From: Blastocladiella emersonii ATCC 22665 | Lineage: Eukaryota > Fungi > Blastocladiomycota | Length of the DNA: 64,000 nt | Direction: 5' to 3' | NCBI GenBank assembly: GCA_025594325.1 | Contig: JANHCV010000012.1 | Coordinates: 434,001-498,000 of the forward strand | Shown: positions 1 through 10,487 of the stretch, piece after piece | Layout of the letters: every line of letters begins with the position of its first letter | Numbering within the stretch: position 1 is the first letter of the stretch | Position numbers and translations under genes: made by a program | Notes under the pieces: generated by a model | Seen by the model: the letters and a program-made list of their open reading frames with translations, nothing else | What the model was told of the DNA's origin: nothing | Database searches by the model: none

Positions 1-287
1 ATGGAAGCTTGCCACTAAATGCACTGGCCGCGGTGCGCCACGTCGTTGCTCGGATGGTCGCGCTGGCAGCCAACGACGCAGTAATTTAATCATTGCTGGG
101 CCGTTCGCAAGTCGATGCCCTGCACAGCTTCGAGGACGCGCTTGTCTGAGCGTCTCGCGGGATGAAACACAATCAATGCCTTGGATGCTCACGTGAACTG
201 GTGGAATGCAGTCCTGTCTTGGTCTGCCTTGCAGTGAATGCTCGTTCGCCCAGGCGCTTCCTCTCCCACTTCACGCTACGGTAACCG

Positions 288-1517
288 ATGGAACTGCCAA
301 CTGGATGCATTAACGAGACTTTGGCCATTTTGCTTGACCACTCGCTGCAATCCAGCGCTTCGACCAACATGGAGCCCGCCTCCCGCCCACGAATCAATAT
401 GCCGCACGTGCTCGAGAACATCCTCGTTCGCGCCGTGTTTGCGCACAACGACCCGTGCGACGTGGCCGGCTTCACACAGTACATGAAGGTTACCTTTGCT
501 GAGGTTATCCCCGCAGTCCATTGCGCGGTCATCCAGCGATGCCTCAAGTTCCACGCGAATAACGCATTCGCAGCGGGTCGGGCCGCGGTACTCGAGAAGC
601 GACGTCAGCTCGGCCTTTCGCTTCGCGCTACGCGCACTGCCATCCAAGCGGCGGCAAATATTCGCTCGCTTGCCGTCTTTGAGTGGCTTCGGGAGACCGG
701 AGCGAGTTTGGATGCGAGCTGGCTGAACCCGCACGCATCCGCTGCACTTTACGGAGCTGTTTATGACCACCCGGCGAGCACTCCAGGCGACGCTTTTGTC
801 CTAGAGAATCGAATCGTGACGCTCGAGGCGGCTCGCAATCTTGGTTTGACGTTGGCTGCTCCGAACACCAGCGTTCGCCAGCTGCGGCTCACTGCTTGCA
901 CCATTGATCTTGCGCGACTGGTAGTACTTCGCTTTCCTGACAGCTTGGCCAAACTCGAGCTGGACCTGTACTGGTTGCCCCGCACTATTTCCGCAGATTC
1001 GTTCAAAGGTTGGCGATGGCCGCCGCACCTCGAACATCTCAAGCTCGCCAATATCGTGTTTGCCTCGACGACTATGCGTCCGCTGCTGCTGAAATTTCCC
1101 GCGACCCTGACGACATTTATCTTGGATGCATGTAACCTCGGCGACGACGGCGTACTCCGTGTCATCCAAAAGCTCCCGTCCACCCTGACAAGCCTCGGGC
1201 TCGTCGCTTGCGAAATCACGGGCAGCGGACTTGAACGCGTCCTTGTGCGGCTCCCAGTTTCTCTGACTAGCCTCGACCTCAGGTCAAACCGACTCAACTT
1301 CTTAGTTTACGAGAAATCGCGATGGGCGTTTCCCAGCCCGCTCACGCACCTTGTTCTCGACAATAACAGATTCAAACCGACGGGGATCGTCCCGCTTGGA
1401 AACGGAGTCCCTGCTGGACTCCAATCTTTGAGTCTCAAGTCCTGCGAACTGTTTTCCTGGGACCTTCATTACTTGCGAGCGCGGCTTCCCGGGCTCAAAA
1501 ACCTGGAACTTCGGTGA
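288..1517 (+). CDS. F-box-like/ankyrin-like N-terminus + RNI-like LRR protein (apparently intact)
   Basis: 409-aa ORF. C-terminal LxxLxL repeats (PATLTTFILDACNLGDDG, PSTLTSLGLVACEI, PVSLTSLDLRSNRL). The N-terminal PHVLENILVRAV and FEWLRETG motifs are shared with the paralogs at 28061, 40558 and 40654. Start could be 288, 369 or 399. Confidence 0.8.
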   Translation: MELPTGCINETLAILLDHSLQSSASTNMEPASRPRINMPHVLENILVRAVFAHNDPCDVAGFTQYMKVTFAEVIPAVHCAVIQRCLKFHANNAFAAGRAAVLEKRRQLGLSLRATRTAIQAAANIRSLAVFEWLRETGASLDASWLNPHASAALYGAVYDHPASTPGDAFVLENRIVTLEAARNLGLTLAAPNTSVRQLRLTACTIDLARLVVLRFPDSLAKLELDLYWLPRTISADSFKGWRWPPHLEHLKLANIVFASTTMRPLLLKFPATLTTFILDACNLGDDGVLRVIQKLPSTLTSLGLVACEITGSGLERVLVRLPVSLTSLDLRSNRLNFLVYEKSRWAFPSPLTHLVLDNNRFKPTGIVPLGNGVPAGLQSLSLKSCELFSWDLHYLRARLPGLKNLELR

Positions 1518-2898
1518 TCCGGATCCGCGTTGCCTTAAACAGCGCTTGCTGTGGAATTCAACTGAACTCAAACTGCTCAAGCACGTCGGTTACTGACGCG
1601 AAGCGACGTGGAGCTTCTGTTCTAGAAGCGGAAAAGGCGTAGTGGCGATCTGGGCGTCAAAAGACCATATATAGTACCTGCTGTATTGGGAATATTGAGG
1701 CGGCGGGTTCGCCTGTCAGGCGATGTGGGCGCCGTTTCAATGCCGAGTCTAAGCTTGGGCCGTTCGTCGGTTAGCCGAACAGTCCCGCTCTCTTCCATTC
1801 GTCAGATTGACTTCGTGACTTTTCTGAGATCTCTGCAAAACGATCCTAAGTGAAATGCGACACATTCGAGAGTCAAGGATATTGGTGACATGGGCCGCAC
1901 AGGCCCTTCCCGCCTTTCAACTCTGTCAAATGGCACGGATTATTGGGTAGTCAGCGCGACGTGGTTGAGTCGTGCTCCTCGTCCGGCCATCGGGCAAGGC
2001 TTAAAGGACTCGCGCGACGCGATCGAACAACACGATTCTTTGCAACCACGACGCTCGTGGCTGTGGCCATGTTGGCCATGGACGCGTGCCTGCTACACGC
2101 CGCTTCTCACAAAGAGAACTTGGCCACCGTTGCCACATCATCAATCCCACGAACTGCTCAACGTGTTGGAGGCAATTTGCTACAGCGCCCTACACTTGGG
2201 CGAGCTGCCAGGCTCAGCAACGCGATTATCACTCCATCACGCACACACCACGGGTCATGAAGCATGATGTAAAAGCCTCCAGGTTTTATGAGCCCGCTCT
2301 TATGCAAGGTTTCTAAGCGGATCAGTGACGACCGGCGTGACCTTTTACCTCCCGCCGCGCTCGCGCGCTTCTGGTCATCTAACCGCAGCATCCCCCGCTT
2401 CATCACCAAACCGCGCCCCAGTCAAGTAAAATCGATCGACCGCCGATCCACCCTTTGAATGGGTCAGGCCCAGAAAGTCGATCGACGTCGAACCGATGTT
2501 TTACTTTTCTGATCGGCCCTGAGATCGATATGGCTGGACGCGTCAATCGAGGCTTCACGTGCGCTTGAACGACGCGTCGTCCGACCGCTGGAGACAGCGA
2601 CGAACGAGATCTTTTCCCGCCCGATTGATAAAAGTAACATGTTGATCGGGTCCGCTGCACTCCTCGAACGATCACTCGCATGACCCAGTCCTGACCTTGA
2701 ACGACACACCGAATGAGACGCCATTTGGTATTTATATGCGCAGTAGCACATGCTGGATGGGTGGGAAGGACAGGAAGAGCCGACGAAGCGGGCCGCAGCG
2801 TGGTCGCCGACCCGCCCGTGCGACGAGCGACGCGTCGGCGCGCAGGCGGTTGTCCGTGACACACGCCGCGAGCCCCGTCGCCTTGGCCGCGGTCGCCG

Positions 2899-3189
2899 TC
2901 AGTCCTGCTTCTTGACTGCTCGCGTTGTTGATGGACTTGAGCTGCTCGACGGCCGACTCGAGCAGGTGGACCTTGAGGGCGGTCGGCGAGGGCAGCGGCG
3001 GGCGGTGCAGCTGGCTGACTTGAGGAGGTACTCGAGCAGCAGGTGGTGGGGACGCGCGGGGACCGAGTTGATCTCGTACGTCAGCGTGAGTCCGAGTTCT
3101 TGACCCGGCCGGGAACGCAACCCGACTGGACAGCGAGTGCAGCAGGAGCCCGGCTTGTTCAGCTACAACGAACGCGTAACAGTCAACCA

Positions 3190-3262
<73 letters not shown>

Positions 3263-3390
3263 AGGTCGGACCGGGTCGCAGACCTTGACCATGAACGAGT
3301 ACGCAGCCGAGTGCGGGCTCGAGGGCAGCGCCGACCGGTCGGTGGGCGGGCCCCGCAGCAGCTTGTCGTGGTAGATCGAGCCTACGGACG
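2899..3390 (-). pseudogene. Possible degraded, unidentified gene fragments
   Basis: Coding-like stretches in shifting frames (FMVKVCDP; [27 protein letters not shown]; [18 protein letters not shown]). A GTCCGA...TTGTAG intron-like segment contains the heptamer array. No family recognised. Confidence 0.25.
3190..3262. repeat. Heptamer tandem array (GATACGG)10
   Basis: Ten perfect units at 3191-3260, read directly. Confidence 0.97.
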
Positions 3391-3780
3391 AAGTGGCGGC
3401 GACGAGTGAGCGATGATCAAGAAGGTGTTGGGCGAGCGGGTCGCATCAGCGGCAACCAGCCCAGCAACGCGAGCGCACCAGCTCCCGTGCAGTGGAACCG
3501 GAAAGCGCCGACATTCTGGGCGATCGATCACGACGAGTGCATGAGGGACAAGGTCCGTACCGCTCGACCTCAGGCGCGCCACGAGGGAGGATGATGAGAC
3601 TTACCGCTACAGCTTGGTGTATTTGATAACCTACTCGACTTGGCCGTGTCAGTCTCGGTCCGTAAGCACGCCAACCGATGCGCATACCTCGGACTCGGAC
3701 TCGCGCGTGCAGCCCCGTTGCCGCATCCCGTATTCGATTGCGTAAGATGAGACGAAGAGTAAGACTGACCAGTACGAAGA

Positions 3781-3852
3781 AACTGCCTCCCACAGAAAAA
3801 AGGGGCGCTTCGCGGATGGAGAAGAATCAGCTGTAGCGAAGCTACAGCTGAG
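3781..3852 (-). mobile_element. Solo terminus related to the Helentron-like element at 29647
   Basis: Perfect hairpin TCAGCTGTAGC-GAA-GCTACAGCTGA (3827-3851). AAGCTACAGCTGAG (3839-3852) is identical to the element's subTIR core. AACTGCCTCCCACAGAAA (3781-3798) matches the reverse complement of the element's 5' region (about 29676-29692). Confidence 0.6.
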
Positions 3853-3934
3853 TTTTTTGAAAACACGAAAACGGACACTCGGGAGTTACGTACGGGCTAA
3901 GCTCGCCCAGGCGTGAGTGAAAGGTCAGTCAGCG

Positions 3935-4047
3935 TCAACCTTCAACCTTCAACCTTCAACCTTCAACCTTCAACCTTCAACCTTCAACCTTCAACCTTCA
4001 ACCTTCAACCTTCAACCTTCAACCTTCAACCTTCAACCTTGAACCTT
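3935..4047. repeat. Heptamer tandem array (CAACCTT)15 plus one variant unit
   Basis: Fifteen units at 3936-4040, followed by GAACCTT. Confidence 0.97.
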
Positions 4048-5293
4048 GGCAGGTGCCGATGCTCGTCTCACTCAAAACCGCATCCGCGTTGCGGTTGACG
4101 GCGACAACACCCAAGCGGCGATGCGGGCAAGAGGACATGAACACGAGCGGCTGGTTGGAGGAGGTGTCGGCGCGGGCGGGCACGAGCAGAGATGACGCTC
4201 AGCGAAACTTGGGGCGTTGGGCGGGCGAGCAGTACACTGAGACCAGCACGTGCAGAGGTTTCCGGCCGCCGCGAGCAGGAGGCGTGATTGGCAGCGTCAA
4301 CAACGGTGGTGGACAAGAAGCGGGAAGCACGCGCGCGGGGACCACGCCAAAGTCCTGCCGTGTGTACAATACGTAGTCGATCAGCCGTGGGAGCAGTGTG
4401 GGCGCCCAAAAAAAAAATCCCCTCAAGTATTGGTTGAAGCTGAGAACGAGCACGCGGAGCGCAAAGGGCGGCCTCAACCGACCAAAACGTTGGCAGCGAG
4501 AACGCGTGCGTGCTGCAGCTGCAGCGCGGCGGCCCGATCCGGGGGATAGAAGTGAGAGAGAGGCGGATCGCGCGCATAGACTTCGAGTCGCTCACGCATG
4601 ACGCACGCGGTGACCAATGCCGCGCACGCCACGGCGGCGGCGGGCGTCGCAGTCAAAACGGTTGACGGGAAGGCAAACGTGCGCAAAATCAACTGCCGAC
4701 AGACACCCCCAGATCTCGCACGCCCACGGCGCTGGTCGCATGAAAACACGAGCAATGCCTGCAAAAGAACGCGGCGCAGGTCGGATTTCTCACATCAGCA
4801 CCGAGCAGGAGTGCGGTAGATCCGGCCCATAAAGTTCAAAAGCGCGCTCAAAGCTGCTGCTCACCGAGATGGTCGAGTCGCGGGTCAACGCGCTGGCCGG
4901 CCCACGACGGTGCCTCGACGTTGATTGATCACGCGCTGCTCACTATTGGTCAGCATCTTTCGACCAAACTTGGAAATGAGCAGACTGCTAGCGCCACGGC
5001 CGCGGCCTTTGCGTGCCTCAAGCCAGAGCTCAAGCGCGCGCTCTTTCTGCCGCTTTACCCGAGCGTCAATCACGTTGCCCGTCAAGACACGGTCACGCCG
5101 ATGTCACGCCGCGATTGCGAGACATGATCCTGCGCTCGACGGAGTCGCCGCTCTCATTTCGCTCTCCATCTTCCGTCCGGCTCGCTAACCCCTGCCGCGC
5201 TCTTGAGACGGATCGAGCCGCTCGGCCTCCTGGGCACGGTCCTGACGATGAAAAGAAGGATGACGCTCTCGGAAACGTACAGATGAGGGCAAG

Positions 5294-5996
5294 CTACTCC
5301 ATTTTTCGCTGAAACGCGCTACGGTACGCGAGCCACCCCTCGCCGGCGAGGATGATCATGGCCAGGCTGAATGCGGCCATGACGCGCTACAATCGTATGA
5401 GCCTCGTTAGGATTCACCCGTAACCCGCTTCCTCGCTCGGCAAGGCGTACCCAGGCGACATTGTCCGAGATGGTCGGCCCGATCCACATGACGGCCACAA
5501 AGACGGACGCGGCGGTGAAGAAGACATTGAAGGACCCGATCAGGACCTTGGACACGGCCTTGGGGTCCTCGACGAGGTGCGCCGCATCGGGTGACGCGAG
5601 ATCGCTAAGACGGCGGCCCTTCATCCGCTCGTACTCGAACTCTTCCTGCTCAGCGCGGATCGCGGCGAGGATGCGCTGCAACTCGGGCGACCACTCGAGA
5701 GTGGCGGTCAGCGGCCGCGCGTAACGAGGTCCATGCACGGGAACGAGTACCTTGGGCTTGGGCGCTTGCGGCGCAAAGTGGACGCGGGAGCCACGAGTCA
5801 GCTCGTCAAACGGCGGCACCACACCGTCTTCGGAAGCGACTCTCTCTTTGGTCTCGGTGTGACACGCGAGCAGGACCGAGAACGGGACGTGGTCGTCGTC
5901 GAGGAACGGCGCAAGCGTCGCGCGTGTCGATTCACTCACGTCGGCATGAAGCAAGAAGCCGCGCATGCTCGGTGTCATCAAGAGGTCGATTCCCAT
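5294..5996 (-). CDS. VMA12: V-ATPase assembly factor Vma12/TMEM199-like, copy A (2 introns: 5691-5750 and about 5387-5450)
   Basis: Contains ELTRGSRVHF, SPELQRILAAIRAEQEEFEYERM and two C-terminal TM segments ending RKME. The intron-1 acceptor reads GAGTGG where copy B has GAGTAG. Confidence 0.8.
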
Positions 5997-6135
5997 GGCG
6001 TTGCAGCATGTTGAATCAAGAATACATGGAAGCAGGTTTGTCGAGGGGAGAGGAAGGGGCGCGAGCGGCGCAACGCGTCCTTCATGTCGCCGCCGCCAAC
6101 CTCCCCCTACCCCCGAACCCCTCACACACCATGCA

Positions 6136-7191
6136 ATGTATCCATTGACAGCAAGCAAGCAGCCGCAAACACGCATCGGCCTCCGTCCACAAGCCCTGGG
6201 CGCGCGCGGGACCGCCGACGGCGATGCGAACGTGGGCGCCATCGAGCTCGCAGCGTACGACGCACGTCTGCGCAGGCTGCACGATCGCGCCGTCGAAGAG
6301 CAGCGGGTCCAACGAGAGCAGCAACTCGCGGCGCGGCGGCGGCGTGGCCCTCGCACGCGGGTCTCCTCGACCAAGAAGCCCGTCGCCATGAAGCAGGAGG
6401 ACCCGCCGCGGCCGCTGCCGTCGCCTCCGCCCGAGCCGATTTGTCCTTCGACATCTCCGCTGCTAGATGACGTTCCGGCTGTTGGCGACCTCCTGCGCAT
6501 GCTTCGGACGCGCCAGAAGCAGGCGGCGAAGTCGCCCGACCGTGGGAACGCGGCGTCGCCAAGTTGGCCGGCGCTTCCTCGTCCGCTCCAGCCGTCTTTA
6601 TCGCCACCACTCCCGCCACCTTTAAGAACGATCCAGGCCATTGCTATCCAGACCGACGATCCGCCAGACCCGCTGCAACCACGCTCGCCGACGCGGGGGC
6701 CGCCCGTCGAGCTTATCGCGCTGACCCCGCGTCGACCACGACTTTCCGTCGTACCTCCAGTGCGGATACCGTCGCAAGTGCCAGCCGCAGTACCTCGGCC
6801 AGCTCAAGATCCGCCGGCACCACGCTCGCGTCGACGGAAACGACGCCCCGGGCCGCCCTTTGGCCTCATCGAAATCGCTTCGACCGCCGCCGCACCACTG
6901 GTCCTCTCGACCCGGACAACGCGCGTGCACGTCCACCCGCTTCTCCCCGCTGACCGCGACCGCGCCGTACTTGCCGTCGATGTCTCGCGCGCGGCGCGGA
7001 TCCACGCGAACCGCCGGTCGCGCGCCGACTTTGTCGCCGACCACTACGGAGTGCGCGACCCCGCCGAGCTGTTCCGGCTCGTGGACCGGGCCGAGTCGCT
7101 CATCTTCGCCGGTTTGATGCGCGGGGTGGTGCGCGAGGTGGACGCGGCGCTCGGCGGCGTTGTCGATGCGACGTTTCGTGGCGAGCTCTGA
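6136..7191 (+). CDS. Unknown protein, copy A (coiled coil, Pro-rich linker, conserved helical C-terminus)
   Basis: 351-aa ORF from MYPLTASK, conserved and open in copy B (33950-35020). The C-terminus (LIFAGLMRGVVREVDAALGGVVDATFRGEL) is weakly reminiscent of Moonraker/KIAA0753 or DUF4378 tails; this is unverified. Confidence 0.7.
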   Translation: MYPLTASKQPQTRIGLRPQALGARGTADGDANVGAIELAAYDARLRRLHDRAVEEQRVQREQQLAARRRRGPRTRVSSTKKPVAMKQEDPPRPLPSPPPEPICPSTSPLLDDVPAVGDLLRMLRTRQKQAAKSPDRGNAASPSWPALPRPLQPSLSPPLPPPLRTIQAIAIQTDDPPDPLQPRSPTRGPPVELIALTPRRPRLSVVPPVRIPSQVPAAVPRPAQDPPAPRSRRRKRRPGPPFGLIEIASTAAAPLVLSTRTTRVHVHPLLPADRDRAVLAVDVSRAARIHANRRSRADFVADHYGVRDPAELFRLVDRAESLIFAGLMRGVVREVDAALGGVVDATFRGEL

Positions 7192-7258
7192 TCAACTCTC
7201 TACCCATACACTCTCTGACTTCCATGAATCACATGTAAACTTGCTGCAACGTGACATT

Positions 7259-8438
7259 ATGGGTCGCAAGAAGAAGCAGCTGATGGCGATGCAGGCGCCC
7301 GACCCGGCGAGCATCGCGGGGCAGACGCCGTTCCGCGCCGTCGAGCGAAAGTACAAGCAGCGCTACTCGCCGCTCGACCTCGCCGAGGTGTTTGACTGGA
7401 CGCAGTGGGATCCCAACGAGGATGAAGGTGATGTGGACTGGAGTGCGCCACCCGACGTGCCCGAGGGCCGACCGCCGTGCGCCGTCGCTGTGGAGACGGA
7501 GTCGAGCGTGCGCGACCTGCTCGCCGCCGAGTTCCCCGACCTCGACCTCCACAGCGACGGCGCATGACCGCCCGTCATCGCTTTCCTGGGCTTCCCTGGG
7601 TTCCTGTTCCTCCCCGCCGCGCTCCCGCCCGCGGTGCAGCGCCACCTCGCGCGCCGGTCGATTACGGCGTACACGGCGCCGCCCAACCAGTGCAACATGT
7701 CGGCCCACTGGTCCATCCCCGCGACGGGCCTGTGGCCGCTGCACGCTGCCGGCTCCACCGACGAGATCCCGCTGCGCCCGCCGCCCGCCGATGGCGACGA
7801 CAGCGACGAGGACGCGAGCGGGGCGTACGCGCGCGGGACTCCGCCGACGCACCTGACGCCGCTCCCCGCGGGCGCGCTGCTCGACCGCCTGCGCTGGTGC
7901 ACGCTCGGGTACCAGTACCACTGGGCCAGCAAGACGTACCGCAGCACCGAAATGTTTCCGTTCCCCGCCAACCTCGCAGGCGTCGCGCGCGCCATCGCAA
8001 CGGCCGTCGAGTCGGCGACTTATCGCGGGATCGAGGTCGGTACGCGGTACCCCGGCAAGCAGTACGTGGCGTAGGCCGGCGTGCTCAACGTGTACGGGTA
8101 CCGCGACGCGCTCATGGGCCACGTCGACGAGAGCGAGCCGAACCGCAACGCACCGCTCGTTTCGGTATCGCTTGGCGCATCCGCCATATTAGTGGTTGGC
8201 GGCGAGACGCGCGCCACACGGCCCATGGCGCTGCGGCTGCGGTCCGGCGACGCCGTCATCATGAGCGGGCCGGCACGCCGCGCGTTCCACGGGATCCCGC
8301 GCGTGCTCGAGGACGAGTGCCCGAACTGGATGGCCGAGGCCGAGGAGCAGAGCGCGGATGCCGAGTGGGGGCATGGTCGTCAAGTACCTCCGCGCGCGCA
8401 AGGCGAGGATCAATCTGAATGTGCGTCAGGTCTTCTAA
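7259..8438 (+). pseudogene. ALKBH1: ALKBH1/AlkB-like 2OG-Fe(II) dioxygenase pseudogene, copy A
   Basis: Motifs LRWCTLGYQYHW, LMGHVDESE, PLVSVSLG, LRSGDAVIMSG, FHGIPRV, RINLNVRQV. Lesions: TGA at 7565-7567 (CGA in copy B), TAG at 8072-8074, and a +1 G in the G5 run at 8367-8371. Confidence 0.9.
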
Positions 8439-9675
8439 TACACGGTGTACGCGTCAATCTGAAGTTGCTCCCGCGATGGTCTCAGAACGCGCGCTGCAGC
8501 TTCTCCTCTTGCTCCCCACCCGCAATAGATAATCCGTCCACCCATGAAACTACACTCCATGCATCTGACCCGTCTTTGATGTTTCTCGCGTTAGCTGGCG
8601 AGCCTGATGCCCTGTTCGCTCAAATTAGACCACTTGACGGGATGCGATCGGCTTGGACCGAATCAGGATGATTTGGCTGAGGTATGCGTACCCGAGTACC
8701 GGCCCGCGTTGGCAAACTTGTGGTACGCATTTCCTACTGAAGTGGGCTTAGCGTGCTCGCTGACCCTGCAGCACCGATTCCCGGTTGTGCCCTGGAAACC
8801 AGTCACTGTCACGACTAGGCGCAGCGGCGCGTGCCATCCCCCGCCTATCGTTCTCCCGAAGCGCTTCTCATACCCACTCCGCGCGATTGTCGACGCACGA
8901 ATGCGTAGGCGTAGGGTCAATCGCCAGACGAGTCTGACAAGCGGCTGCGGGACTGCTTCGAAAACGAGCGGTGATCCGAAACCCGCACACCGCTTTGACT
9001 TGGCTGGTTCTGCATCATCAGCGCTCAGACGCGCTTACTTGCGGTTCTTCCAGCGTCGGAGCAAGGGTACAGCGTGGCCGCGGGTGTTTGTTACATGGAC
9101 ATTGATTCTCGAACCCGCTCGCAATGTAGCATCATAACCTTAACCTCGATCCCAAAGCCATCTCGCCGTGTCAGCTTGGCGGATCGACATGGCACCTCGA
9201 GCTTTAGCGTTTGCGACATGGGCTCCGAATGCGCCAACAACGACGTGCTACGAGCTCACGACCTCCCGGCTCGAGTATAGTGGGCGCAGCGCTCGCGTGA
9301 GCGCCGTGAAAAACTACGCGTCGCTCACGCGGGTGCTGCGGTCGAGAAAACTCGCGCTGGGCGCGGTTGCGCATCTCGTCGCTGCGTCGGACCGGCGTGC
9401 CTGTGATTGGGCCGTTCCGTTTTCACGGCAATCGATTCATTCATTCATTTCATATACATACACGCCGTGTATATGCTGAATTAGAGGGTTTCTCCTCAAT
9501 TTCCCAGGAAGCTGTCCCGTCGTTGCTGACGCGATGCGCCACACACGTGTTCCAAGACACGTCGGCGCACGACTACAACTGCTTCGTGTCCGGACGCGTG
9601 AGGAGAATTGGAAAACGTTCTCGACCGGAGAAGGTGTATTGCGGTCACGGAAACGTGTCAACTTATGATTGCGGC

Positions 9676-10418
9676 TCAGTGAATGAAGCTGCTGATCGGG
9701 CACCGCTTCACAAACGCCTGTTGCACGTTTGGGCTGAAGAGACCGTTGCGCGTGAGCATGATCGAGTTTGGGCACGATGGAAGCGATGGAATGAGATACC
9801 ACAGCGCCTCCTCGTCAAACCCGTATTGCTCGAGTCGCAGAGCCACAAGGTTGGCTGGAATATTCGAAGCGATCACCTTGGCGCCATCCACTGCAACTCG
9901 GCCAGCAAGTTCACCGCAGTGTTTGACATAAACGTGTACATGATGGTGAGGGATTGCAGTCCAGTCGGCAATGCGCGTACAAGCGCATCGAATGCTGAAG
10001 GTGAGAAAGCGCAGTCAAGGAGGTCGAGGGCGATCAAGGAGGTGGGCAAGCAGTCGAGCCCGGTCACGCACAATGGGCCAATGGATTTGAGGCATAGCGA
10101 CTCGAGTCCCTCGTGAAGCCACGAGTCATCGAGTTGGTCGGCTTGGTAGTCGGTTGGGATGTTAGTCGGGGAGATGGAGCGGATAGAGCTCGGGAAGCGC
10201 ATCGATTGCAGCAGTGGTAAAGTGATAACGCAGTCCTCGAAGAGCACCTCGTCTACGGCACAGTCGGGCTGAGAAAGCAGGTGGGCAATCAGTTCGGCCC
10301 CGCCGCGAGTAAGCCGGACGGAATCAAGCTCAAGTTGATCAAGCGAGCCCAAAGTAAGGTCCTCGTAAAGGTCGCGCACGAGCAAGTCGCCGTTTGACGC
10401 CAAAGAATAGCCGTGAAA
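9676..10418 (-). pseudogene. LRR exon-2 remnant of the F-box-like/LRR family, frameshifted near 9890
   Basis: FHGYSLASNGDLLV...LELDSVRLTRGGAELI aligns with IRGFEVAADGDLFV...LKLDSMRFTEGGARLL at 28559. It is preceded by an intron (10419-10487). LRR-like sequence continues in another frame after 9890. Confidence 0.75.
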
Positions 10419-10487
10419 CTAGACGGGATGCGAGTAAGTGAGGCTAAGATCGGGCTCGGCATGCTGTGAAGTGTGAAAGTACCGCAC

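Larger units (their letters stand above)
5081..9575. repeat. Segmental duplication copy A (inverted relative to 29530-36080)
   Basis: Reverse-complement similarity across VMA12, the unknown gene, the ALKBH1 5' part and noncoding flanks (9093-9458 vs 32774-33140; 9459-9575 vs 29530-29646). Confidence 0.93.

Noticed and set aside
1890-2267. Possible sixth LRR-family relic (LNVLEAICYSAL resembles IIEAILCYAV)
   Set aside because: The similarity is limited to about 12 residues, with no downstream ankyrin-like or LRR sequence.
3190-4047. CRISPR array or telomere
   Set aside because: These are spacer-less 7-bp tandem units in eukaryotic DNA, internal to the contig, and not a TTAGGG-like repeat that I can support.
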